DNA of 64,000 nt. It comes from Thermoproteota archaeon (GTDB lineage: Archaea; Korarchaeota; Korarchaeia; Korarchaeales; Korarchaeaceae). Both the position numbers and the translations under genes were made by a program. Positions 20,169-30,315 of the stretch are shown here, in pieces; position 1 is the stretch's first letter; each line of letters starts with the position of its first letter. Location: contig JALSOH010000004.1 in assembly GCA_026986575.1 (NCBI GenBank), positions 256,001-320,000 of the forward strand, written 5' to 3'. The notes below the pieces were generated by a model. The model was not told the DNA's origin. It saw only the letters and a program-made list of their open reading frames with translations, and ran no database searches.

Positions 20169-20660
20169 TTACATATTCTTTCCCGACTTTGTATTAACTT
20201 TCACAAGTTCATTTATAATTTGATTTATTTGACTGGTTTTATGTCTGTTAATCCTGAAGGATGCTAAAAAGATCATAGCAAACGCCAAAATAGTGATGAA
20301 TATATCTAAATTATATTTTTCAGTAGCAAAAGAATATATAGCCAATAGTAGAAGAGAAATGAGCGAGGATGAGCAGATGGATCCTCCTATATGTCGGATG
20401 TATATAACCCGTTCCAATCCTACAACGACACTTTTCCCATATTTTCTTTCTATAAAGAAGATGGCCTTAAAGAATGCTCCATACCCCTCACCGAATTCAT
20501 GAGGAGGCTTAACTCCCACATCAGTTATCTTGAGAGCTGCAACAGTCTCGCTGGAGAGTATTCCTAAAAAGTAAGATACCATGATAACTTCTAGGAATGA
20601 ATATATGTCAGATGCGGAGATTTTATATATAGACCCAGTCACCTGAGTAGATATATCCAA
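20169..20660 (-). CDS. Hypothetical membrane protein
   Basis: About three hydrophobic segments, AT-rich codons. Confidence 0.5.
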   Translation of the reverse strand: MDISTQVTGSIYKISASDIYSFLEVIMVSYFLGILSSETVAALKITDVGVKPPHEFGEGYGAFFKAIFFIERKYGKSVVVGLERVIYIRHIGGSICSSSLISLLLLAIYSFATEKYNLDIFITILAFAMIFLASFRINRHKTSQINQIINELVKVNTKSGKNM

Positions 20661-20918
20661 TTACAGATAAGATATTGAAACCTCCCATTATATATGTTAG
20701 ATCTCTCATAATGAAGGAAGTGTACAACCTATCTCCCAACAAATCTCCACTGCTGACCAAAGGATCACACCCGAATTGATCCCTCACTATCTACTAATAA
20801 CTTCAGCCTTACTTAGTTGAAATGGTTGAGCGTCGTTGAGGATTATTCCTAAGATATTTGTTAAATGTGCGATCTTCTCAATGTTTAATATAACTGCGAG
20901 AGTTATCCTGTCGGACAG

Positions 20919-21833
20919 GTGGTTTCCCTGAGCGGTCTTGAGGGTAGTATTGTCCCGTATAGCTTTCTAGGGATTCAGGAGAGCTACGAGGATTCGAGTT
21001 ACGTTATAGTAGGTGTCCCTTATGATGCAACTTCCTCTTGGATGCCTGGCTCCAGAGCGGGACCTCTAGCCATAATCGAGGCGTCTCGCTACATGGATCC
21101 CTACGATATGGATCTAGGATGTATACCTGCTGAAGCTGGCCTGCATACCATCACTGAACTCTCAGTGCTTGAATCTACCCCAGAGTCTATGGTGAATACG
21201 GTGAGAGAGGCAGTAGACAAGATAGTAAGCGATGGGAGGGTCCCCATTTTACTGGGAGGAGAGCATACCTTGAGCTTAGGAGGCGTGCAGGGGGTCAAGG
21301 ATGAAGCTGATGTTTACGTGACCCTAGACGCCCATGCAGACTTTTATGATGACTATGAGGGGCGAAGAATATCTCACGCGACAGTCTCCAAGAGAATCAG
21401 CGAGCTAGTGAGGGAGGTAATTATTTACGGGGTGAGGACCTTAGGATGGGAGGAGAAAGAGGAACTAGACTCCTCAGACAATGTTACTCTGATTCCTCTA
21501 CTCTCTCACGGGGGTGAAGGCGTAGACACTTTCCTTAGGAAGATAGAAGGGAAAAAGGTGTACCTGAGCGTGGATGTGGATGTGCTAGACCCATCTGTGC
21601 TTCCGTGCTTGGGAACACCGGAGCCTGGGGGAATGAGCTACAGAGAAGTAATAACGGTTCTCAAGGAGGTCTTCAGGAGGGCGAGCGTCATGGCGATGGA
21701 CTTCGTGGAATTCTCCCCGTGCCCGGGCATGAGGTCCGATGCTTACACCGTGGCTAGGCTAGTCTACAAGTCCATAGGGTATCACATCCTTTACTCTGGG
21801 AAGCAAGACCTCAGATGCGGCGCCGATGAGTAG
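20919..21833 (+). CDS. speB: Agmatinase
   Basis: GGEH, DAHAD, SVDVDVLDP, GTPEPGG. Confidence 0.92.
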   Translation: MVSLSGLEGSIVPYSFLGIQESYEDSSYVIVGVPYDATSSWMPGSRAGPLAIIEASRYMDPYDMDLGCIPAEAGLHTITELSVLESTPESMVNTVREAVDKIVSDGRVPILLGGEHTLSLGGVQGVKDEADVYVTLDAHADFYDDYEGRRISHATVSKRISELVREVIIYGVRTLGWEEKEELDSSDNVTLIPLLSHGGEGVDTFLRKIEGKKVYLSVDVDVLDPSVLPCLGTPEPGGMSYREVITVLKEVFRRASVMAMDFVEFSPCPGMRSDAYTVARLVYKSIGYHILYSGKQDLRCGADE

Positions 21834-22316
21834 TATCTCTATCCACGCCTTTATCAGTATCCCATAAATCACCGCGTCATCGATCCATCCAGATGCTTGG
21901 GGAGCTATCACCGGAATCCATAACTCGAAGCTAGCCCATGTGAAGATGGACTCTGGGATATATCCCACCAGTAGAGCTAGGAGTGGGTGACTCGTTTTTT
22001 TGGCTAGCAGTCCGGTGAATAGACCGGTTAAGGCCTTCCCTGGGAATATCAGGGATCCCGCTAGAGGTCCCAGCCAACCTAGCAGTCCGAATCTGACGAA
22101 GGGCACTAGAGAGATTATCGCTCCCACTAGGGCGGCGTCAACTGGGCCTAGCATGTAGGCAGAGAATACGGTAGCGATATGCGATAGATCCACCGCTATC
22201 TGGGGGTGTAAATTACCTAAAACCATCGAAAGTAGAGCAAGCACGTTACCTAGGGCCCCGAACATCGCTACAGCGGCAACTCTCTTGCTCTCGTCACGGA
22301 CCACCAAGGTAGCCAC
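21759..22316 (-). CDS. ECF transporter S component-like membrane protein
   Basis: About six TM helices, AMFGAL, DLSHI...LGP. Confidence 0.7.
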   Translation of the reverse strand: MATLVVRDESKRVAAVAMFGALGNVLALLSMVLGNLHPQIAVDLSHIATVFSAYMLGPVDAALVGAIISLVPFVRFGLLGWLGPLAGSLIFPGKALTGLFTGLLAKKTSHPLLALLVGYIPESIFTWASFELWIPVIAPQASGWIDDAVIYGILIKAWIEILLIGAASEVLLPRVKDVIPYGLVD

Positions 22317-22361
22317 CAGTGCGGCTATGTTTTCAAAAATAAAAATATTTCTAAAATGAAA

Positions 22362-23468
22362 TTACTCAGCTATCTCTAACTCCGGGGCCCGGACTATCGC
22401 TCTAACGAGTTCTCGGAGTCCTTCCCCACTCTTAGCCGATACTGGGATTATGGGAACCCCATCACCTAGCATTTCCCTAATGACTTCCTCTCTCGCATCG
22501 TACTCGTAGTCCTCTAGCCTGTCCACCTTGTTAGCGGCTATCACCAAAGACTCCCTTCCTTTACCTAGTTCGGATAGGATCTTCAGACTCTCAGCGAGCT
22601 TGACCCTCATGAGGTCCAGCTTGTCGGATACGTCCACCACCAGCACCTGCCTGTGGGAATGAGTTATGTCCAAGAGGTTCAACTGGAAAGAAGCTATCAG
22701 TCGCGGGTCCAGATCTAGAACGAACCCGATGGTGTCCACTAAATAGGTATTCTCTCCCTCTATTCCCCCATATTTGGACGAAAGGGTGGTGAATGGCATG
22801 TCACTGACGGGCTTCTCGAACCCCGTCAAAGCATTGAATAAACTCGTCTTCCCCGCGTTGTAGTAGCCGGTCAATACCGCGATCCTCGCCCCTCCCTCGA
22901 TCCTCTTCATTATTTCGAGCTCCTTCTGCCTGCTGAGCTTGTCTATCTTCCTCCTCAAGATCTTCATCCTCTTCTGTATGGCCCTGATCTGCTTGTGATA
23001 GGCGTACTCACCTCCTCCCCTGAAACCAGCCCTCATCTTCTTGTACTTTATCGATGCCGACAGCTTTACGTAGGGGAACGCCTTCTCTAAGGTGGCCAGC
23101 TCTATCTGGAGCTTCGATAGTATGTCGCTGGCGGCCTCTCTGAATATCATCAGGGTGACATCGTACCTGTCTATGACCTCAACACCTAGTTTCCTCTCCA
23201 GATTCCACTTCTGCTTGCTGGTTAGGGTGTTATAGACGACAAATACGTCAGGATTTATCCTCTTGATCCTTTCACGAATCTCCTCGACCTTACCCTTCCC
23301 GAATACATAGTCCACGGTCTCCTTGGGCCTCACCTGAATTATTCTCTCCACTATCCTGTAACCGAGAGCCCTGAGTAGGGACTCCAGCTCGCCCATCCTT
23401 ATCTTGTACATGTGGTGGTCGTGGACATTCGTCTTGACCATTCCCGTTACGGCCCTGTATCCGGCCAC
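22362..23468 (-). CDS. hflX: GTPase HflX
   Basis: GKGKVEE, VIDR, KLQIELA, GYYNAGKT, DTIGF, NKVD, VSAK. Confidence 0.92.
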   Translation of the reverse strand: MAGYRAVTGMVKTNVHDHHMYKIRMGELESLLRALGYRIVERIIQVRPKETVDYVFGKGKVEEIRERIKRINPDVFVVYNTLTSKQKWNLERKLGVEVIDRYDVTLMIFREAASDILSKLQIELATLEKAFPYVKLSASIKYKKMRAGFRGGGEYAYHKQIRAIQKRMKILRRKIDKLSRQKELEIMKRIEGGARIAVLTGYYNAGKTSLFNALTGFEKPVSDMPFTTLSSKYGGIEGENTYLVDTIGFVLDLDPRLIASFQLNLLDITHSHRQVLVVDVSDKLDLMRVKLAESLKILSELGKGRESLVIAANKVDRLEDYEYDAREEVIREMLGDGVPIIPVSAKSGEGLRELVRAIVRAPELEIAE

Positions 23469-23530
23469 CTACTCTTTCCTCCCTCTCTGTGCATCTGGGT
23501 ATCGAGTAAATAAACTGTTCGCTCTCGAGG

Positions 23531-24883
23531 CTACAGGTAAGGATTACAGGGTCTCTCCGTAAGTTCCTTCGGACCCTTAACAGTGGCATCTATTATCATT
23601 TTGCCTTGAGGGAGTTTGATAAGTCTCTTTTCACCATTCAATTCTATCTCCCTCAGGTTACTGTGATCTAGGGAGGACCCCTTAATCCCGGAGATCACCT
23701 TGAAATCGTCGGGTATATGTGCCCTCTGCAGTATGGCCCTCATGACCTCAACGTAGTCCGACACGTCCACATCATCGTCGACCACAATGACCCTCTTCAG
23801 GCTTTTATGGGCGGATATGGCCATCAACCCCACTAAAGCGGGTTGATCAGGTGAACTCTTCCTTATGGAGATCGCAGCCTCGATCCAGCCAGCCCCGCCG
23901 GGGGTCATTGCCACATCCACCACGTCTGCTACCTCGGAGACCCTGTCCTCGATGAGTGGTTCAACAGGAAGGCCCATCAGGAGCTGATGCTCGCTCCCAG
24001 CTGGAAGTATCGCCTGGTAGAATCCGTCGGGCCTCGCATAGATTTCCTCCACTTCAAAGACCGGTTGTTGTCTAACGATGTCCTTTCCCAATATCTCATA
24101 GAAGGGGCCTTCGGGGGCCATCTCCCTGGCCAGAATCTTTCCACAGATGACTATCTCCGATCTGGAGGGGGCCCACGCTTCAACTTCTTCGCACGGGGAA
24201 ATGCTTACGGACTCTCCAGCTATCCCTCCCGCCAGTGCTATCTTATCCATGTTCTCCGCCGGCACCGCCGAGGCTATCATCACCTCGAGGGGGCTCCCAA
24301 CGGAGATCGCCGCCGGCAAGTCCTCACCTCTCTCCGAAAACCTCTCTATGGTTCTACTGAGTTTTCTGCCCTCAACAGCTCTCAGAACGAGCTTTTTATC
24401 TCCGATAGGCATCATCCTGTGGTAAGATGATGAGAAGACGCCATCCTCGCCCTTGAATACGACAATAGAGGCCGTCATATAAGGACCGGGTTCACCTGTA
24501 TAGTGCTTCAGTATGGGAAGCTCTGATAGGGTTATACCTGCTCTAACCCATTCAGGATCCCCTTCTACTGGTGAGATGGGATTCTTGAGGGCCCTCCTTA
24601 TCCTACTTCTCATCTTCCTCATATCAGAGATGCTGAAGGAAGTAAGGAGGGTCTCCCTCGATGTCGCCACGCCACCCACTACCCGGAAAGCGCTCCTCCT
24701 TCCATCAACTAACAGGGGCTTTTCGAAGAGAACCGCCTTCTTGCCATCCCATTTCTTAAGGTGAGCCGCCATCTCATACTCTACGGAAGTTTCCTTGTCG
24801 ATTACGTGCAGAAGATCTCTTTCCTCCAGTCTTTTTAAGGCAAGCCTGAGATCCATAAGCCTCCCCCTACCCGACCCTAACAT
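23531..24883 (-). CDS. UbiD-family decarboxylase (candidate anhydromevalonate-phosphate decarboxylase)
   Basis: SYHR, EGPF, VVDDDVD, GSSLD, IDAT. Confidence 0.85.
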   Translation of the reverse strand: MLGSGRGRLMDLRLALKRLEERDLLHVIDKETSVEYEMAAHLKKWDGKKAVLFEKPLLVDGRRSAFRVVGGVATSRETLLTSFSISDMRKMRSRIRRALKNPISPVEGDPEWVRAGITLSELPILKHYTGEPGPYMTASIVVFKGEDGVFSSSYHRMMPIGDKKLVLRAVEGRKLSRTIERFSERGEDLPAAISVGSPLEVMIASAVPAENMDKIALAGGIAGESVSISPCEEVEAWAPSRSEIVICGKILAREMAPEGPFYEILGKDIVRQQPVFEVEEIYARPDGFYQAILPAGSEHQLLMGLPVEPLIEDRVSEVADVVDVAMTPGGAGWIEAAISIRKSSPDQPALVGLMAISAHKSLKRVIVVDDDVDVSDYVEVMRAILQRAHIPDDFKVISGIKGSSLDHSNLREIELNGEKRLIKLPQGKMIIDATVKGPKELTERPCNPYL

Positions 24884-24915
24884 CTTTTTATTCCCTACTC
24901 CGGATTCCCACCGAG

Positions 24916-26226
24916 GTGTCCTTCCCCATGTGGAAATTCGGTGAAAGGACTCACTTCATAGGAGAGCTGCGAGACCTTCCCGAGGGAGAACGCGTTAGGA
25001 TAGCGGGTTGGGTGTACAGGAAGAGCGAGTTGGGAGGTGTGGTGTTCATACGACTTAGAGACTCCACAGGCGTTGTCCAAGTGGTGGTGAAAGAGGGAGA
25101 AGTTGGGCAAGACGATCTAGAGCGCGCCAGGAGTGCTGGCATCGAGGCATCCTTGGTTGTGGAGGGCATGGTGAAGAGGGATCCGAGGTCCCCTACAGGA
25201 GTCGAACTTATCGCCTCCAGCATCAAGATAGTTGGTTCCTCTCACGACTTCCCGATAAAACCCGACTCCGGCGAGGAATTCCTGCTGGATAACAGGCACC
25301 TCCATCTCAGAACCACCAAGATGAGGTACGCCCTATTGGTCAGGAGAGAGATCGTGAGGGCCGTGGAGGAGTGGTTCATAACCAACGGCTTCGTCAGGGT
25401 CGAGGGCCCGACCTTTGTGGGGGCGGCGGTCGAGGGAGGAGCCACGCTATTCGAGGTCCCTTACTTCAACAGGAAGGCATATCTAACCCAGAGCTCTCAA
25501 TTCTACCTAGAGGCCGCCATATTCGCGTTCGAGAATGTGTATACGGTGCAACCCAGCTTCAGAGCGGAGAAGTCTAGAACTAGGAGGCATCTGACCGAGT
25601 TCTGGCACGCCGAGGCGGAGATGGCTTGGGCCGATCTCAATGGCATGATGGACGTGGTCGAATCTCTTCTCAAATATGTTTCCCAGAAGGTGGTGGAGAG
25701 AGCTGGCCATGTGTTAGAAGCTCTAGGCAGAAGATTCGAGCCTCTGGAAGGAAACTTCCCTAGGATCACGTACGATGAGGCATTGGACATCGCCAAGAGA
25801 AAGGGCGCATCCATAGAGTGGGGGGAGGATTTCGGGACTGAGGTGGAGAGGGCCATCTCGCTCGAATTCGATCTACCTGTATTCGTGACCCACTATCCGA
25901 AGCAGGCCAAGGCTTTCTACCACAAACCAGATCCTGAAAGACCTGAAGTGGTCCTCTGCGCTGACCTATTGGCACCAGAGGGGATAGGTGAAATAGTGGG
26001 AGGAGGTCAGAGGATAGAATCCGAGGAAGAACTCCTTAGGAGGATAAGGGAGGAGGGACTGAATCCTTCGGACTACAAGTGGTATATAGATCTCAGGAAG
26101 TACGGTAGCGTACCCCACTCCGGCTTCGGCTTGGGAATAGAGAGGACGATAAGGTGGATAGCCGGCCTACCGCACATAAGGGATGCGATACCCTTCCCGA
26201 GGACTCCGACAAGGCTCTATCCCTGA
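24916..26226 (+). CDS. asnS: Asparagine--tRNA ligase
   Basis: YLTQSSQFYLE, FRAEKSRTRRHLTEFW, GSVPHSGFGLGIER. Confidence 0.93.
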   Translation: MSFPMWKFGERTHFIGELRDLPEGERVRIAGWVYRKSELGGVVFIRLRDSTGVVQVVVKEGEVGQDDLERARSAGIEASLVVEGMVKRDPRSPTGVELIASSIKIVGSSHDFPIKPDSGEEFLLDNRHLHLRTTKMRYALLVRREIVRAVEEWFITNGFVRVEGPTFVGAAVEGGATLFEVPYFNRKAYLTQSSQFYLEAAIFAFENVYTVQPSFRAEKSRTRRHLTEFWHAEAEMAWADLNGMMDVVESLLKYVSQKVVERAGHVLEALGRRFEPLEGNFPRITYDEALDIAKRKGASIEWGEDFGTEVERAISLEFDLPVFVTHYPKQAKAFYHKPDPERPEVVLCADLLAPEGIGEIVGGGQRIESEEELLRRIREEGLNPSDYKWYIDLRKYGSVPHSGFGLGIERTIRWIAGLPHIRDAIPFPRTPTRLYP

Positions 26227-26900
26227 TCCCTCACATCCTCCAACTTCGCCTCTTTCACCCGCTTGAAGGGCGTGTTCAGGACCTCTTGGAGTTTCCTAGC
26301 CTTGGCCTCACCCACTACCCTTCTTAACCTGTGGAAATCGGCGCTAAAAACATCCCTTAGCGTTCCAAATTCATTCAACAACTTCTCGGCTGATTTAGGA
26401 CCTATGGAGGGAAAGCTCACGAGGATCGCATAGGCCTCCTCCCAAGACTTGGGCTTCCTCCTCCTCTTGACGGGTATTATTGAGGGTCTGTCCCCCTCGA
26501 CCTTCCTAGATAGGTAGGCTAGGAACCTAGCCGTGTCCTCGGGAGATATGACGTGGATTACTGAGATGCCCCTCAGGGCTAGGGAGGAGAGGGCCCCTAG
26601 GTAATGAGGGACGGCGTCTCGTTTGATGTGGAAGTGAGGCTCCTCTATGATTATTATGATTATCTCACAGTTAGTCCTCATTTGCTCGACCTGATCGAAC
26701 AGTCTACCGTCGTAGATGGACCTGATGAAATCGTTCAGCGATTTTCTTTCCACGCAGACGTTAGTGCCTATCAGATAGTCTGATACCTCTATCCTCCTCC
26801 TCTCAACGATCATCCCCTGCTTTCTAAGCAGTTTTTCTATTAGTTCTGGCTCCCTATCATCCATGATAATCCTCAATGTCCTCACCGCTGAGCCATACAC
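26217..26900 (-). CDS. xpf: Short-form XPF/ERCC4 flap endonuclease (nuclease + HhH2)
   Basis: DDRE, SDY..VERKS..DF..S..DGRL..Q, PSIGPK HhH. Confidence 0.9.
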   Translation of the reverse strand: MYGSAVRTLRIIMDDREPELIEKLLRKQGMIVERRRIEVSDYLIGTNVCVERKSLNDFIRSIYDGRLFDQVEQMRTNCEIIIIIIEEPHFHIKRDAVPHYLGALSSLALRGISVIHVISPEDTARFLAYLSRKVEGDRPSIIPVKRRRKPKSWEEAYAILVSFPSIGPKSAEKLLNEFGTLRDVFSADFHRLRRVVGEAKARKLQEVLNTPFKRVKEAKLEDVRDQG

Positions 26901-28563
26901 CCCTTATTTCCTTAATTAGTTCCCTACTCTCCTCAGCTGAGTTAGCGTACTCCATCTCATCCAGTACCATCCTAACGGCACCGCTCTCCAAGTAGGTGGC
27001 CCTTCCCCTGACTATCACTTCCCGACCCATCATCTCTCCCGCTATCTTATCGGTTGGTACGGAATGGGAGGGCTCTCCTAACTCGTCAGCTGCTTTTATC
27101 ACGTCCTCGGTGCTCATTCCTAGTATCCTCTCAGCCCTATCCCTGAAGGCCACGACCCTCGCTATCCCCGTGCCATCATCTATTGTGAATGTGAGGTAGA
27201 GCAGCGGGGTGGCCCTCTCCAACTCACCGCAATTGGGACAATGAAATCTACCGTACTCAAACTCCACACGCGCACCGCAGTTAGGACAGTGCCAAGTCAC
27301 CCTCGCAGTATCTGAGAACGAGATGACGGTCCCCCTGAACTCCCTTAGGCCATCGGATGACTCGCCTATCCACATCCTCCTGTACTTTATCTTCTTAGCC
27401 GCCTTTTCCAGTTTAGTAGGAATTGGCTGCGAAATCTTCTCGAGAATCTCGACCGTTCCGGACCTACTAAGGACGATTAATCCATCATCATCGGTGTATA
27501 CTGGCCCAAACCTGAGCCTGAAGGGAGGACTCTCTTCGGACAGCAGATCTGCCCAATCTCCCCAGACCCTCAGGATCTCTAAGGAACCATCGATCTCAAC
27601 CAGTAAGTCGAGGAATTTCCTACCCTTGGTTCCTATCTCCTCCAAAGGGAATGAGAAGAGAACTGTACCCTCCAGCATTCCGCTGCTACCCTCTTCTAGG
27701 ACTTCCAATTTAGTGCGCGGCGTGGAGTGCAGCTCTAGTGAGTCGTCCCTCATGACTACCCTAGCATCGGTGAGGATAACGGTAGATCCCTCCACGATTC
27801 TATCCGTCAGGGGGGCCCTGTCTCCCCAGAGAACAACTCTCACCACGTCTCCTTCCTCGTCCCTTATTAGGAAGGAGCCCCTCCTGCCGATACTGCCATC
27901 GCTTCTAGTGAATTCTGAGACAGGATAGACCCTAATAACCGTCCCCTTGAAATCGACCACGTCACCATCTTTGTCGTAGAGTTCCCTCACCTTCAGGATT
28001 TTTCTCTCCTCCACCGGGAGATCCTCATAACCGCTGGGTAGGACCTCTATGTCCGAACCGGAGTCGAGGTGCAGGGCGACCCTACCGAACCTCTCCGAGA
28101 CTCTCGCGTTGGTCACCTTGATCACGTCGCCCTCTCCTATCTCCCCCCTGCGTATCCTGTCGACCAAACTCTTCGACCAGACAATGACATCTATGTGCCC
28201 AGTCTCATCTGCTAGTTTGAACTCGGCCCTCTCAGATGGCTCCCCGCTTCTGTTGACGTAGTTGAGTATACCGTACATCCTCACTATCTTTCCTTGTACG
28301 GTGGCCTTCCTCATACCGGGAACTAGCTTGCTAATCTTGATGGTTGGGTAGTGAACCTGTTCATCCTTGGACACCTGACCTACATCGAGCTCGACGGCTA
28401 TGAGGGAGAGGGCGCCATCGGGTTTAACGAGACCCTTCATTTCCTCCACATACCTCCTTACCCTCTCCAGCACATCCTCTACTGTAAGGCCAGCTTTGGA
28501 AGCCACTAATCTCACTTTCTCCATGAACTCCTCGTCAAAACCCTCATCATGTCCAGTCTCCAA
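26857..28563 (-). CDS. rpa: Replication protein A (multiple OB folds plus zinc finger)
   Basis: LADETG.I.V.VW repeats, CPNC..CPNC, IDDGTG. Confidence 0.9.
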   Translation of the reverse strand: METGHDEGFDEEFMEKVRLVASKAGLTVEDVLERVRRYVEEMKGLVKPDGALSLIAVELDVGQVSKDEQVHYPTIKISKLVPGMRKATVQGKIVRMYGILNYVNRSGEPSERAEFKLADETGHIDVIVWSKSLVDRIRRGEIGEGDVIKVTNARVSERFGRVALHLDSGSDIEVLPSGYEDLPVEERKILKVRELYDKDGDVVDFKGTVIRVYPVSEFTRSDGSIGRRGSFLIRDEEGDVVRVVLWGDRAPLTDRIVEGSTVILTDARVVMRDDSLELHSTPRTKLEVLEEGSSGMLEGTVLFSFPLEEIGTKGRKFLDLLVEIDGSLEILRVWGDWADLLSEESPPFRLRFGPVYTDDDGLIVLSRSGTVEILEKISQPIPTKLEKAAKKIKYRRMWIGESSDGLREFRGTVISFSDTARVTWHCPNCGARVEFEYGRFHCPNCGELERATPLLYLTFTIDDGTGIARVVAFRDRAERILGMSTEDVIKAADELGEPSHSVPTDKIAGEMMGREVIVRGRATYLESGAVRMVLDEMEYANSAEESRELIKEIRGVWLSGEDIEDYHG

Positions 28564-28565
28564 CC

Positions 28566-29606
28566 TTAAACACCCGAGCCCTCCACCTCCACAACCGACG
28601 GCCTATTCAACCCACCCTCCACTCTAAACTTAACCGGTAGGAATTTCTCCACCAGCCATATATTACTTTCAGCGTGCAAAGTCAGCCTCGAGATGCCTAT
28701 CCTCGACCTCCCCGAGGCTATTGCCAAGTAGGGAATTATCATATCCCCTGAATGGTTGTCAAAAGCCATCTCGGTATCCAACTCCTCCAATAACTTGGTT
28801 GCAGCGTTCTTTCCAACCATCTCACTAGGCTTACCCCTCTCTCCAAGATCATCAGCGCCTATAACTGGCTCACTTTCAGTCCAGAGGACTATGCCAGCAC
28901 CCGGACCTAGGTGCCCGTCCTGGGACCAGTCCTCCTCTATTAGCACTTTGAACCCCCTGCCTTTCAATAACTCACTCGCTGCCCTGATCATCCTCCTCGT
29001 GACATGCCTGGGTAGCTTTACCGCGTGTGCTCTTCCCCTGATTAGAGAGATGTCATCCCTCTTCACCTCATCGAGACCTGAGAGGTCCGATGGCTGCACC
29101 CTCAGCTCCACCATTCCGCCGCCCTTTGGATAGTGGCCTCTCTTGATCAGTCTAATTTCCGCATGGGCTCCCATCATAGCGATATTCGGGAGGAAGACCT
29201 CTCTCATGTAGTCGATGGGAGGTGCCATGGGAACATCCGTTCCTCCCCTGATGAGGAACCTCACTCCGCTGTCAGATGTCAGGCAAGCTGGCAGCAACGC
29301 TTGAATCACAAGAGTCACGCTTCCAGCCGTACCTATATCTACCTCAAACGCCCCTCCTCTCTTATTCCTAGGTACGAAGAGCACTCGAGTGGAACCCACC
29401 CTAGCTCCTTCCACATGCGCTTCCGTTAGCTTAGCGAGGGCCATCACAGCATTGAGATGCTGTGGCCTAAGGCCCGGTTTCTTCCTCTTGGCCCTTATAT
29501 TGTACACCTCAACAGGCTTGAGCGTGACGGCGGACAAGGATAAGGCGTATCTGAGTATGGACCCCCCACCCTCTCCGTAACTTCCGTCGATCCTTATAGG
29601 CTCCAT
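28566..29606 (-). CDS. rtcA: RNA 3'-terminal phosphate cyclase
   Basis: IDGSYGEGGG, KPGLRPQH, GGTDV, GHYPKGGG, TLHAESN. Confidence 0.95.
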   Translation of the reverse strand: MEPIRIDGSYGEGGGSILRYALSLSAVTLKPVEVYNIRAKRKKPGLRPQHLNAVMALAKLTEAHVEGARVGSTRVLFVPRNKRGGAFEVDIGTAGSVTLVIQALLPACLTSDSGVRFLIRGGTDVPMAPPIDYMREVFLPNIAMMGAHAEIRLIKRGHYPKGGGMVELRVQPSDLSGLDEVKRDDISLIRGRAHAVKLPRHVTRRMIRAASELLKGRGFKVLIEEDWSQDGHLGPGAGIVLWTESEPVIGADDLGERGKPSEMVGKNAATKLLEELDTEMAFDNHSGDMIIPYLAIASGRSRIGISRLTLHAESNIWLVEKFLPVKFRVEGGLNRPSVVEVEGSGV

Positions 29607-29673
29607 ACAGATGGGAAGGCCCTGTGTTCCCCTTTAAATAGCATTCCCTTGTCCTTTAGACCGGTGAAAGGGG

Positions 29674-30315
29674 ATGGCGGGGACGAGGATAAAGTTCGTC
29701 ATAGAGGAGGTGGACGGTAGGTACGTGGGAATAGGAGTCGGCGGAAGGGAGCTCTACTGCAATACGATCCCCCTTCCCTCCAAAGAGGAGGCGGAGGCCG
29801 ACCTGAGAGCTACCTGCTACTCAGCTTGGGGAGATTCATTGGATCTAATGCCTGAATACCACATACCCTCGGCCTACAGATTGGCCCTCCTGATAAGTAA
29901 GCTATTCTCCGGAGAGAGCGTAGATCTCTCCGGGATCAGACTGGCCCGCCATCCCCGGGAGAAATTTTGGAACGCCATTCTGCTGATGAGCTCCATCCCG
30001 AGGGGCATGGTAACAACTTACGGGGAGCTTGCGAGGGCTTTGGGCACATCACCGAGGGCCGCCGGAAACTACGCCTCTCGAAACCCGTTTCCACTCATAG
30101 TCCCCTGCCACAGGGTGATAAGGAGCGACATGAGGATAGGAGGCTACAGCTACGGCCCTATACTGAAAGCGTCACTGTTAATTGCTGAAGGTGTGAAGGT
30201 GGACTTCGACACCGGCAAGGTAGATCCCTCAAGGGTAATCAGATCCGAGGAATTACTGTCCCTTAAGGAGGTGCGGGGAATTGTCAGTTACCACCAAACC
30301 CATCTTCGCATCTGA
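29674..30315 (+). CDS. ogt: Methylated-DNA--protein-cysteine methyltransferase
   Basis: IPRG..TYGELA, NPFPLIVPCHRV. Confidence 0.93.
   Translation: MAGTRIKFVIEEVDGRYVGIGVGGRELYCNTIPLPSKEEAEADLRATCYSAWGDSLDLMPEYHIPSAYRLALLISKLFSGESVDLSGIRLARHPREKFWNAILLMSSIPRGMVTTYGELARALGTSPRAAGNYASRNPFPLIVPCHRVIRSDMRIGGYSYGPILKASLLIAEGVKVDFDTGKVDPSRVIRSEELLSLKEVRGIVSYHQTHLRI

Larger units (their letters stand above)
9849..20850. mobile_element. Decayed integrative (probably conjugative) element; boundaries approximate
   Basis: Integrase pseudogene at left edge, TraG/VirD4-like and helicase pseudogenes, many frameshifts, visibly AT-richer than flanks; no att repeat found. Confidence 0.8.

Noticed and set aside
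9780-20918. attL/attR direct repeats or a tRNA fragment at the element ends
   Set aside because: No matching repeat found by inspection; a self-alignment is needed to exclude short ones
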